DNA from: Octopus sinensis
Taxonomy: Eukaryota
Assembly: GCF_006345805.1 (NCBI RefSeq)
Contig: NW_021832872.1
Coordinates: 1-29,785 of the forward strand
Length of the DNA stretch: 29,785 bases
Reading direction: 5' to 3'
Shown here: piece after piece, positions 9,768 to 21,297 of the stretch
How positions within the stretch are numbered: the first letter of the stretch is position 1
Layout of the letters: each line of letters begins with the position of its first letter
Notes under the pieces: generated by a model
The model's database searches: none
The model's input: only the letters and a program-made list of their open reading frames with translations
What the model was told of the DNA's origin: nothing
Made by a program: the position numbers and the translations under genes

Positions 9768-9986
9768 AAGACGGCGAACTGGCAGAATCGTTCGCACGCC
9801 GGGTTAAAATGCTTTGCGGCATTTCATCCGCCTCTAAGTTCTGAGTTCAAATACCGCCGAGGTTGACTTTGCCTATCAGCCTTTCGGGGTCGATAAAATA
9901 AGTACCAGTTGAGTACTGGGGTCTATGTAATTGACTTAACCCCTCCCCTAAAAGTCTAGGCCTTGTGCCTATAGTAGAAAGGATTA
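9768..9986 (+). mobile_element. Full-length tRNA-derived SINE-A
   Basis: Pol III A-box-like tggcagaatcg (9780-9790), B-box-like gagttcaaatacc (9843-9855), conserved body gactttgcct...ctttcggggtcgataaa...gtaccag, tail gaaaggattat. Confidence 0.9.
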
Positions 9987-10240
9987 TATCTAGCTAAATT
10001 TTATTAATCTCTAAGCGGAAGAAAGGTGCCGCGAATGGTATATTTGTTGACTGTTCTGGTCTAAGAAGTTAACTAGTCGAGTTGATAAGTGAAAATGTGT
10101 TTCTTGGACTGTGTGAGGAAGTAACTGACAATATTCGCAAACGATGATTGACAGAAGATCTTAATATTACACATTCAGTTTAATTGTGTTGTTCTTTTTC
10201 TAATAATAAGAGCAATAATTATACACTAGGAGAGACATAC

Positions 10241-10287
10241 CGCTTGAAGTTTACGTCAAGTCTACTGATACAGTAATCTGTAGCTGT
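10241..10287 (-). CDS. Candidate 47 nt internal exon, product unknown (TATDYCISRLDVNFK)
   Basis: Acceptor ttgtttcctgttattttcag, donor AAGCG|gtatgt, one open frame. No homology recognised; could be chance. Confidence 0.2.
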
Positions 10288-10560
10288 CTGAAAATAACAG
10301 GAAACAATTGTGTTATATCTACCTTAGCAAGAGGTCAGCCGTGTGAATGAGTCGGCCGTTCTCAACATTCTACAAAGAGTGTTGGCGCCAAAAGTGGCTT
10401 TTTAGAGGCTACAAGATTCTAGAAAATTGAAGCATGCAATGGATCGACGCTGACTAGTTTCTTAAACTAGGACTGAAAAGAAAGAACATCTACAGTCATA
10501 GAGATCATCTGGTTATCTTATAGAGATATGAATTTCTTTTAATATCACTGAGAAAGATAA

Positions 10561-10601
10561 GCTGGCGAGCTGGCACAATCTTTTGCACACAGAGTAAAAT
10601 G
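10561..10601 (+). mobile_element. SINE-A head fragment
   Basis: ggcgagctggcacaatctttt...gtaaaatg matches the SINE-A 5' end. Confidence 0.6.
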
Positions 10602-11934
10602 TAAAATCACACCTTCACTCCACCACTCCCCTCCCCAGCACTGCAACTGAAAATTGTTCTTAAAAGAACATTCACGTGAAACTACAATGGTTCGTTCGTG
10701 ATGTCTGATTGTTTACCCAGCAGTTCAGTTTCAAATCACCTCCTCAGAGATAGTCTTTCCGTAACAAAATCCCAAACCTGACTAGAGCCATATTATATGC
10801 TGGAAAAATAATCCATATTGTCCGTTTTATGAGCACATGAACTATTATGCAAATTAGACAAAACATTTAGCTGTATTCGAGAAAATAAAGCCTCTAGCAA
10901 TACTCAAAACTTGCAACATACATCCATTTCCTTTTTATTACTCACTGAAAGATGAACACATCTAATATAACTATATCGTTTATGCATCGTAGTGAGGCTA
11001 AAATTGTATGTTTATTTAAAAATCAATCTTTCATTCCAGATAATTCAGAGGACTCTATAACAGAACTATTCATATTATTTTTGTTCGTGTTCTCAGTGCA
11101 TTCACTGTTATGCAAATCAGACAAATCTGCTTCACCGTGTTGGTTTTTGTACACATTACATAAACTTCTGGCAAATATCTCTACAGCAATTAATATTTAA
11201 CTACCTCTTGCCAGGAGTGTGTTTAATATGCAAAATTGATATATCCAGTTGTGTTACACCGTTATATTTGGTGACAATTTAAGCAATGCGATCGTGGATG
11301 GTTAATGGACTGGATGTGGTGCTGAAGAAAGAGCAAGAACCTCTGAAATATGCATATACACTCGCTATCCATTTTCCATCTTCGAATGTATTGTTTACAC
11401 AGATGTATTAGTATATGAAGCGTCGTAACGTCCAGTGTTGGCTCTAGTATCTATAGAAGATCTGTCGAGTTAAATCTAAAAAAATGAGTAAATAGCACTG
11501 ATAATACAAGTGAGACACACTTTTTGATTATAAGACTTTAATTTGATTGGTAGTATTTTATGTTTGCATAACATATAGTTACAAATCACTAGTCCTTTAT
11601 TATCCCTAGAGACAAGGCTGGCTTTATTTTGTTTTTTAAGAAGTTCCCACATTTTCTATCTATATGTGAATAAAAATCTAAGGGTCTTTTTATTTTTACA
11701 TTTCTCAGTAGGACTAAAATTGCATATTTATTGGGAAAGCATACATATGCCATCCATTATATTTTAATTTACTCGAAAATATTATATCATTTATTAGCAA
11801 TCCATGTTATAAGCATTGCACTGTTGTACAAATAATCTCTTAATAAAGAGATCTGTTCCGGTTTTCCTGCGAAAGGAGCGATAAAATCTGTGGTATAACC
11901 ATTTTGATTAGTAATCGGAAAATTCAGAACACAC

Positions 11935-11969
<35 letters not shown>

Positions 11970-12149
11970 TTCATATACGTTGTAAAGTTACAGTTCCTAG
12001 AAGTGCTCAATATAAAAGTGGAGAGCAATAGTTTGGGCAGATCCGTCCATTAACTCTTCTACGGTGTATGGCTTGCGTCTTCAGTTTACGATCGTGAAAA
12101 CCTGCGCTGTAGATATACTCAGTTAACAGGTCACTGGACCGATGGAAAT

Positions 12150-12150
12150 G

Positions 12151-12218
<68 letters not shown>

Positions 12219-12290
12219 CATCCCTCCATCTATCTATCCATCATCTATCTATCTATCTATCTATCTATATCTATCTATCTATCTATCTAT

Positions 12291-12326
<36 letters not shown>

Positions 12327-12555
12327 GCAATCTATCTATCTCTATCTCTCACTCTCTCTCTCTCTTTCTATATATATATATTATATATATATATATATAT
12401 ATTAGATTTATTTATATATATACATATATGTATCTATATACATATATATATATACACACACACATATATATATATATATATAAATATATGAATGGATAGA
12501 TCGATAGAGAGATAGACACACAGACAGACAGTGATAGAGAGAGAGAGAGAGAGTA
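12150..12555. repeat. (TATC)n, (TC)n, (TA)n, (GA)n microsatellite cluster
   Basis: Direct. Confidence 0.9.
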
Positions 12556-13089
12556 AGACAGATTAATAGAGCATGAGTGTGGAGATCCTAGTACACGCAT
12601 ATTTCAATCCTTGCTTTGATTCATCTAAACTCTCAATGGTCAAAACAAAGACAAAATACATCAAAATGAACGAGAATAAAAACAACGTAGCCGAAGGTTT
12701 TGAAGACCAACAATAATCCAGAGTACTTTGGTTGATTTTTAAGATAAAAAAAAAAAAAAAAAAATTAACGAAGAATAACTAAAAAGTGGAATGGTAAAAA
12801 TCGAGGCTTTTAAATCTATCAGAAGAATTTAATCATTCTCTTTTTTTTTGTTTTAGTTTTTTTGATCAAATGTGATATTTTTGCGTTTTATTTTTCTTTT
12901 AACATAAATGATGAAATGAGAAGGACGAGCACAAAAAAAAAAAACAAAGTCACAAAAACCAGCAAAATTTTTGGTTCGACGCTGGTTTGCCATAATTTCA
13001 TTCGTTTTTCGTTTCGTTTCGTACTTTGCTTTTTGTTGCTTTTTCTTGTTTTAAGTGTTTGTCAATTTATTTTTTCATAATTTTTTATT

Positions 13090-13148
13090 ATTTCATTATT
13101 AACTTATTTATTATTATTATTTATTATTTATTATTATTGTTATTATTA

Positions 13149-13216
<68 letters not shown>

Positions 13217-13230
13217 GTTATTATGATGAT
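13090..13230. repeat. (ATT)n microsatellite
   Basis: Direct. Confidence 0.97.
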
Positions 13231-13379
13231 TGCTTTTGTTAGTGGAAGGAAGAAATATGAAATAAGCGAAGATACTCGCTGATTGCAGAAGGCAAGAGCG
13301 ATCAAACGAGAAAGGATATCCTCCATCCCCTATGTCTGTAAGGGAATTCATCCATCATGATCACATCAATCATAGAAGG

Positions 13380-14050
13380 AGAACAGAGAAAAAGAAAGAG
13401 AAGACGTAGAAGAAGAAACAAAAAAACGAAAGTGAAGAAGACGAAGAACAAAATCGAAGAGAAACGAAGAAAACGAAGAAAGAGAAAGAGGAAAGAAGAG
13501 GTAGTGAGAAGGAGAAGAAGAAGAAGTAGTAGTAGTAGTGGTGGTGGTGGTAGTAGTAGTAGAGTAGTAGTAGTAGTAGTAGTAGTAGCAGCAGTAGGAG
13601 GAGGAGGAGGAGGAGAGGAGGAGTAGGAGGAGAAGAAAGAGAAAAAGAAGAAAAGTTAGAAAAAAGAAGAAAAAGATGAAGAAGGAATGACTGAGAAAGA
13701 ATGAACGAGAGAGAGAGAAAGAGAGAGTAAGGGTGAAAGAGAAAACCACAAAAGAGACTACAATAAACAACAGAAAATGAGAGAAAACGAGAAGTCGTTC
13801 AATGGAGAGTTAAAAAAAAGAGTAACAATTTGCAAGACAGAGAATGAGAAAGTGCAAGGTGGAAAGAAAGAAAGAAAGGAAGAAAGAAAGAGAAAAAGAT
13901 CGAATGAATGATAGGAAAAATGAGCGAGGAAGAGCGAGTGGGAAAGAAAAAAGAGGAAAAGGAGAGAGAGTAAGGGGTAATGAAGCGACACAGTGAGTTG
14001 TATAGAAAGAGACATACTGAAAGAATGGGGGGGGGGAGAAGTGAAACACG
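13380..14050. repeat. Purine-rich low-complexity tract with (GAA), (GTA), (GGA), (GA) blocks
   Basis: Strong A+G skew on +; ORFs here are poly-K/R/E or poly-F/L/S artefacts. Confidence 0.85.
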
Positions 14051-14061
14051 TGTAAGAGAAT

Positions 14062-14184
14062 GAGATAGATAGATAGATAGACAGACATACGGATAGAGAG
14101 ATAGATAGAGAGATAGATAGATAGATAAATAGATAGATAGACAGACAGAAACAGATAGAGAGACAGACATACATACATACAGAC

Positions 14185-14223
<39 letters not shown>

Positions 14224-14234
14224 CATACAGATAG

Positions 14235-14327
<93 letters not shown>

Positions 14328-14335
14328 GAGATAGG

Positions 14336-14367
<32 letters not shown>

Positions 14368-14475
14368 CATACAGATAGAGAGATAGATAGATAGATAGAT
14401 ATACAGAGACAGACAGATGGATAAATAGATAGATAGATAGATAGACAGATAGATAGATAGATAGATAGATAGATT
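14062..14475. repeat. (GATA)n microsatellite, ~410 bp
   Basis: Direct, with repeated gacatacag interruptions. Confidence 0.97.
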
Positions 14476-14679
14476 AGAGTGTCTGAGAAATACAGAATAA
14501 GTGATCCGCTTAAAATGGCTTAGTCATGTGATCTGGGTTGTGGTCGGACGATCGCCGAACCGTTTTAAACACATCTGACTCTCAAAGATCTGATCAAGCT
14601 CACATGGGGACTGAAGAAATTAGCAAAAAGCGATGAGAAACCAAAAGTTGTGCTGAAAAACAAAAACATCAGAACGTAC

Positions 14680-14703
14680 CAGCAGCAGCAGCAGCAGCAG
14701 CAG

Positions 14704-14761
<58 letters not shown>

Positions 14762-15050
14762 TGTTGTTGTTTTTGTAGTAGTAATTGTAGTAATAGTAGT
14801 AGTTGTAGTAGTAGTAGTAGTAGTAGTCATAGTAGTAGTCATAGTAGTAGTAGTAGTAGTAGTAGTAGTCATAGTAGTAGTAGTAGTAGAAGTAGTAGTA
14901 GTAGTAGTAGTTATAGTAGTAGTAGTAATAGGAGGAGGAGGAGGAAGTAGAAGTAGAGGTAGAAAGAGAGCAGTGACAGCAGCAGTGGTATTAGTATCAG
15001 CAACAATAACGACAGTAGTAGTAGTAATAGTAGTAATAGTAGTAGTAGTA
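14680..15050. repeat. Compound trinucleotide microsatellite (GCA)/(GAA)/(GTA)/(GTT)/(GGA)
   Basis: Direct. Confidence 0.95.
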
Positions 15051-15094
15051 GCTTTAAAATTATGTTGTCAAATACGATCAGACGACAAGTCATC

Positions 15095-15402
15095 GTGTAT
15101 GTATGTATGTGTGTGTGTGTGTATGTGTGTGTGTGTGTATGTGTGTGTGTGTGTGTGTATGTGTGTGTGTATGTGTTTTGTATCGATTTCATTAAAACTT
15201 CGATCACTTTAACCCAGCAATTTATGTTTCTGTACTTTAGTGGCAAGAAATAAAATACATCTCATGAGTTCAATCGTTTCTTGAATTATTTGTGCGAGTG
15301 TGTGTGTGTTTATATGTGTGTATGTGTGTGTATGTGTGTGTGTGTATATGTGTGTATGTGTGTGTATGTGTGTTTGTGTGTGTGTATGTGTGTGTGTGTG
15401 AG
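15095..15402. repeat. Two (TG/TGTA)n tracts
   Basis: Direct (about 15095-15175 and 15297-15402). Confidence 0.9.
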
Positions 15403-15526
15403 TGACAGGATGCTCTGATTTTTGTTTTATTTTAGATTTAGTACTGTCATTTTTATTTAATTGGTGATTTTCAATGTGGTCGGTGTAATTACTGGTATCA
15501 ATGGGTAAATTCACGCACACACACAC

Positions 15527-15588
15527 AATTATATATATATATATACATATATAAACTACCGATCCATTCTTGTTGCTTATTTTTTGGT

Positions 15589-15636
<48 letters not shown>

Positions 15637-15751
15637 ATAATATTATATATATATTATATATATGTATTATCAAACATACAAAGACACCTAATCTCCAACA
15701 CATACATACATAAATACACATACACACACATATACATACATACATACATAT

Positions 15752-15782
<31 letters not shown>

Positions 15783-15994
15783 TATATTATATATATATAT
15801 GTATATTATATATATATATAATATATATACACGACCAAATGCCACGTATTAGAGGAGGTTCCAAATAATGGTGTAGTTGAGTCAATGGTGGTGCTCCAGC
15901 ATAACCACAGTTTTGCAGCTGAAACATCAAAAGTATTTTTAAATATTCAAAATCTATCATCTATCTATCTATCTATCTCTCTATATATATATAA

Positions 15995-16048
<54 letters not shown>

Positions 16049-16107
16049 TATATATATATATATACATATATAAACTACCGATCCATTCTTGTTGCTTATT
16101 TTTTGGT

Positions 16108-16174
<67 letters not shown>

Positions 16175-16247
16175 ATATATTATCAAACATACAAAGACAC
16201 CTAATCTCCACACATACATACATAAATACACATACACACACATATAC

Positions 16248-16325
<78 letters not shown>

Positions 16326-16501
16326 TATATATATATACACGACCAAATGCCACGTATTAGAGGAGGTTCCAATAATGGTGTAGTTGAGTCAATGGTGGTG
16401 CTCCAGCATAACCACAGTTTTGCAGCTGAAACATCAAAAGTATTTTTAAATATTCAAAATCTATCATCTATCTATCTATCTATCTCTCTATATATATATA
16501 A

Positions 16502-16562
<61 letters not shown>

Positions 16563-16577
16563 TATATATATATATAT
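15527..16577 (+). repeat. Tandem duplication, two ~520 bp units
   Basis: aactaccgatccattcttgttgc at 15554 and 16073 (period 519). Complex parts identical except two 1-nt A indels; each unit holds a SINE tail (gtggtgctccagcataaccacag). Confidence 0.95.
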
Positions 16578-16800
16578 GTGCACATTACAGCGCATTTCTT
16601 TTGCAGTTTTCTTCTCTTCTCATCATTGTTCCGCTTAGGGTATTTTCCTTTTTATCCTCTAAATATTTTCGTCTTTGTTTTTATTGTGAAATTTCTTGAT
16701 TCTTCATATTTTCAATTTTGCACATTTTAATTTTTTTTTTTGCTTTTCAGGAACTATGATTTTATTTAATTTAATTGAATGTATTTTTTTAAATACCGTA

Positions 16801-16861
<61 letters not shown>

Positions 16862-16885
16862 GTTGTTGTTATTATTATTATTATT

Positions 16886-16928
<43 letters not shown>

Positions 16929-17030
16929 TATTAATATTGTTATTATTGTTATTATTATTAAGATCATCATCATCATCATCACCGTTAATATCATATTATT
17001 AGTTTCATCATTACTATTATTGTTGCTTTT
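16801..17030. repeat. (ATT)n/(ATC)n microsatellite
   Basis: Direct. Confidence 0.95.
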
Positions 17031-17486
17031 TGTTGATGTTATTTTTTTATTATTGTCATTTAACTTCAAGTCAGAAACAAACAAAAAATTTATAATAATG
17101 CAAAATAATGCGATTGTTAATTTTCTTTTTTTTTTAATAAAATATATAAAGCAAATGAATTTTAAAAGTAAAATTCAATCAATGAATTTATTAAATAAAT
17201 ACCCCACCCCTTCCAAAAAATGTTTAAACGAAAGAAAACCTAAAAGAAATTAAAAACAAAATGGCTGAAATTATAGTAATTATAAACAGATTCTTAGTTT
17301 TGCGGTCTATTGCTTGACACGGTAATTAATGATTATGGAAATGTTCAGGGTTGCGGGTTGAGATGAATGTTCGAAATTGACAAACTAAATGTGGATTTTC
17401 TGTATTCACTTAAGGCTCTTAATGTTCTGAGTTCGATATTCATTGAGGATGTAAACTAGTTTTCTTGTTGCTGTACAGGCCAAGAA

Positions 17487-17975
17487 AAGTGGCTGCCTGG
17501 TAGAATCGTTAGCAAACCGGACAAAATGCTAAGTGACATTTCTTCTGGCTGATCGTTCTGAGTTCGGATTCCGTCAAAGTCGACTTTGATCTTCGTTCTT
17601 TCGCCGTCGAAAAAATAAGAACTATTTCGGCACTGAGGTCGTTGTAATCGACAAACTCCTTACCTCGAAATTGCTGGCCTTGTCCCAAAATTTTAAATCA
17701 GTGTTTAGGCTAAGGGAAGGTGGCTACTTTGCAGAATCTTTAGCACTTCGAATAAAATGCTTTGTCACATTTCTTCCGGATCTACGCTCCGAGTATGAAT
17801 TTCGCCGAAGTCGACTTTGACAAAAATCTTTTCGAGGTCGATCAAAGCACAGGAGTCGATATAATATTTAAACTCAGAATGGCGGAGAGCTGGCAGAGTT
17901 GTTAGTCATCGTACAAAATGCTTAGAGGCAATTCTTTCAGGACTATACATTCTCAATTTCATATTTCTGACGCCG
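17487..17975 (+). mobile_element. Three head-to-tail diverged SINE-A copies (about 17487-17700, 17717-17870, 17880-17975)
   Basis: Each starts ggyggc...g(c/t)agaa(t/g)..ttag...aaaatgct; the first two retain gtcgactttga and gtcga motifs. Confidence 0.8.
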
Positions 17976-18879
17976 TGTCTAGATTCTGGGGTTGGGGGAA
18001 GAACTGAATTGTTTAGACAAGATTCTCCTTCCCCTGAACCGGGGGATCCTTTATTACCGGGCCGCAATAATATGCAATAATATGTAATAATGAAATTATA
18101 TATTTCGAAATTTATCGTGTTTTGTTAAATACGTTATTCCCTGATCCATGGGAAAATTGGCTTAAATAAAAACTGATCCGGTGTGCAACAAATGTTGAGG
18201 GCCGATAGTTTTGAACATGAATCATAAGATGGAACAAATGTGTGTTGAAAAGGTTCTATCTTTCCTCATCTTGCTCTTCACTTCAAGATAGCTCATCGAA
18301 TCTGTAATGTTATTCATCACTCATAATCACAGCAATCACTGAATGGCTTGATTCAAAGTCACTTTTTTTTTTCTTAAAAATTGCATATCAACTTCACATT
18401 TTCTTTTTTCAACGGAATTCATCCTTCAAAATCACATCAATCATAAAACAATTGACTTGATACTATCTCGCTCTCTTTTTATAACAATATACCATGTCTG
18501 TTCGAAACCTGTCATGTGAACCGGCTTCGGTTTTGGTACTGTAGATATTTTCTCTTTCACCTAAATCTCAATTTATTTTTTCCCTTTGCTTTTTGTCCTC
18601 TTTGATAAAGGTTATCAGCCGAAACGTCAGTCTCCGTCCTTTCATCGTTTGGCGTATAAAGCTTGATTGTGCCCCTCTTTTTTTTACTGATTTTATTCCT
18701 TTATATGTCTACGCATTTCAAGCACAGTTTTGCGACTGTCTGATCCAGCATTATTATTATTGTTTGTGTCATCTTTGCCTAAAATTCTAGTCTGTTTTAA
18801 TGTTTAAATCCTCAGTCACAGGCAGAATAACTTACGTTTTATTCGCGGATTTATCGTAACAATTTATATTGTATATATG

Positions 18880-18896
18880 TATGATGTAAGTATATA

Positions 18897-18978
<82 letters not shown>

Positions 18979-19034
18979 TATATATATTATAATATATATA
19001 TATATATATACATATTCACAAGCATATATACGTA

Positions 19035-19078
<44 letters not shown>

Positions 19079-19246
19079 TATATGTATGTATGTATCTCTC
19101 TCTCTCTCTGTCTGTCTGTCTCTGTCTCTCTTTCTATATATATATATATACGTATGTATATGTATAGATACACACGCCTACACATATATGTATTTGAATG
19201 TATATATGCACTTACCAACACACATATATGTATATATGTGTTGTGT

Positions 19247-19280
<34 letters not shown>
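18880..19280. repeat. (TA)n/(TC)n/(TG)n microsatellite cluster
   Basis: Direct. Confidence 0.95.
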
Positions 19281-19281
<1 letters not shown>

Positions 19282-19709
19282 CGAAAGTCGTAAACATCGA
19301 CAAGAAGACGAAAACATCACCAAAAAGAAGTTAAATGCTCTGTTTAGAATTTATTCGGCACCAAATTCCACAGACAGCCCCTTACAAATTACTTGTCGCC
19401 AAAAATACAGTAGATCTCAGTCTGATGAGTCAGTTGGGGACCTGTGTTCACAGGTGTGCTATTCTTCGTTAATTCCGATATGAAATAAAATATAAGATCC
19501 AAAAATTGAAGCATCGTTTGCAAGAATAAATAAGTAAATAAATAAACGCTTCTTGTACCTTTGTTCTCTCCAACATGACGTGACTAATAATTCGGTCAAC
19601 CTGTTTTCATATCGAATTCGATTTTTCTTTGAATGTTTAATCATTCGATAAAGGTATTGATTTCGACGTTATGATTTACCGATGATGGTGTTGGTGGAGG
19701 GAATTATGC

Positions 19710-19857
19710 TAATGATGATGATGATGATGACGACGACGACATCATCTGCGACAGTAAAGAGAGGAAAAATGGCGGCTATGGCGACGACGACGACAAAAGC
19801 AACAACAACAACAACAACAATAATAATAACAACAACAACAACAATAATAATAATAAC

Positions 19858-19900
<43 letters not shown>

Positions 19901-19950
19901 TAATAACAATAATAATAATAATAAATAATAATAATAATGATAATAATAAT
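19710..19950. repeat. (GAT)/(GAC)/(AAC)/(AAT)n microsatellite
   Basis: Direct; the (AAT)n end abuts the retrotransposon. Confidence 0.95.
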
Positions 19951-20105
19951 AAATATCTTGGACAAATATCTTGAAATATCTATAGAATGGATGCTAAAAC
20001 TCGTTGAAAATCATGAGAGACGTAAGAAGCTTCATTCTATTTTGAAGGAGAGAAAAATCTCCACTGATGTCGTGAATGATGCCCAGGTTGGACAGCCTGA
20101 GGGAA
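19951..20105 (+). mobile_element. R4/Dong-type non-LTR retrotransposon fragment (post-RT region, family a)
   Basis: Reads LDKYLEISIEWMLKLVENHERRKKLHSILKE, resembling the LxxYLxxSxExxLxxV motif that follows the RT domain in R4-clade ORFs. Confidence 0.6.
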
Positions 20106-21060
20106 ATGAAGTGTATAAAGAGCGAAAGGAAAACGTATGCCGAGTACTTGATAAATAGTGATGAAGTCCTGCTGCAACATACCGCGAAAAATATGGGTAT
20201 CAGTGTACCATGGGCAAGGGAGAGTCTAACCAAAGAGCTGAGAAGAAGAGAAAAGAAGACCTTCTTGAAATGCGAATGTATGGACAGTTTGAAAGGAATA
20301 CACAGGACGTTAAGGATAATCCAGCAGCGTGGGTATGGCTTGAGCGATGTGATTTGAAGTTTACCAGCGAAAGCCTGAACATTGCTGCACAAGACAAGGC
20401 TCTCGCTACCACGTTAGTGAAGTATAATATCTATAAAACTTCTGACACCCAGAAATGCACAATGTGGAAAGACTGTGTAAATGTGACCCACTTGGTAAGT
20501 GGATGTGAGATCTTTGCGCAAAAAGAATACAAGCACTGCCACGATAAACTGTGTATGTATCTTCATTGGCTCTTATGCCGAAAATACCAATCTGAAATAA
20601 TAGAGAGCAGGTATGAGCATGTACCAAGTAAAGTTATGCAGGAGGATGGAAAACTAACGATATTCTGGGATTATGATTTTCAGACGGATGGGGTAATCGA
20701 ACACCGTCGATCGGATATTGTTATATTGAATAAGAAGGACAAATACTGTCAGATCATTGATGAAGCCATTACAAATGACATGAGTGACAAGTATTCCGAA
20801 ATGAAAGTGGAAATTGCAAAAATGTATGGAATGCGAGAGGGTAATGTAAAAGCGATACCAGTGGTGTACGGAGCTTTGGGCTCAATCACATTGAAACTTC
20901 AAGACTTCTTAAGGGAACTGGAAATCCCATGCAAGTATGATTTCTTGCAAAAAGCAGCTCTACTGGGCACAACTCACACATTGAGGAAAGTATTATCTGT
21001 TTGAGATCCTTGTTGTGACTTGATTGACGATTAAAAAACCTACACTGCTTTACGAAGGAA
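20106..21060 (+). mobile_element. 5'-truncated R4/Dong-clade non-LTR retrotransposon (zinc knuckle plus restriction-like endonuclease), family b
   Basis: ORF 20210-21004 has MYGQF..., WxWL...LK, AAQDxAL, decayed CCHC knuckle (KCTM..VTHLVSGC), RxDKxxxYLHWxLC, IFWD, RRSDIV (PD motif), IID, KY, VVYGALG, LQKAALLGTxxxLRKVL*. Frameshifted upstream; ~55 bp 3' UTR runs into (AAT)n. Confidence 0.92.
20210..21004 (+). pseudogene. Truncated R4-clade ORF C-terminus (264 aa); no RT domain, catalytic residues decayed
   Basis: PD changed to SD in RRSDIV; second knuckle Cys lost; the EKxxKY segment is shortened. Confidence 0.85.
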
Positions 21061-21099
21061 TAATATTAATAATAATAATAGTAATAATAATAATAATAA

Positions 21100-21194
<95 letters not shown>

Positions 21195-21263
21195 GAATAA
21201 TAATAATAATAATAATAATTATTACTATCATTATCATCATTATTATTATTATTATTATTATTA

Positions 21264-21296
<33 letters not shown>

Positions 21297-21297
21297 G
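21061..21297. repeat. (AAT)n-(AGT)n-(AAT)n-(ATT)n microsatellite
   Basis: Direct. Confidence 0.95.

Noticed and set aside
19422-19441. CUGAUGA-GUC(7)GAC hammerhead-like start
   Set aside because: No GAAA after stem II, and stems I and III cannot be closed.
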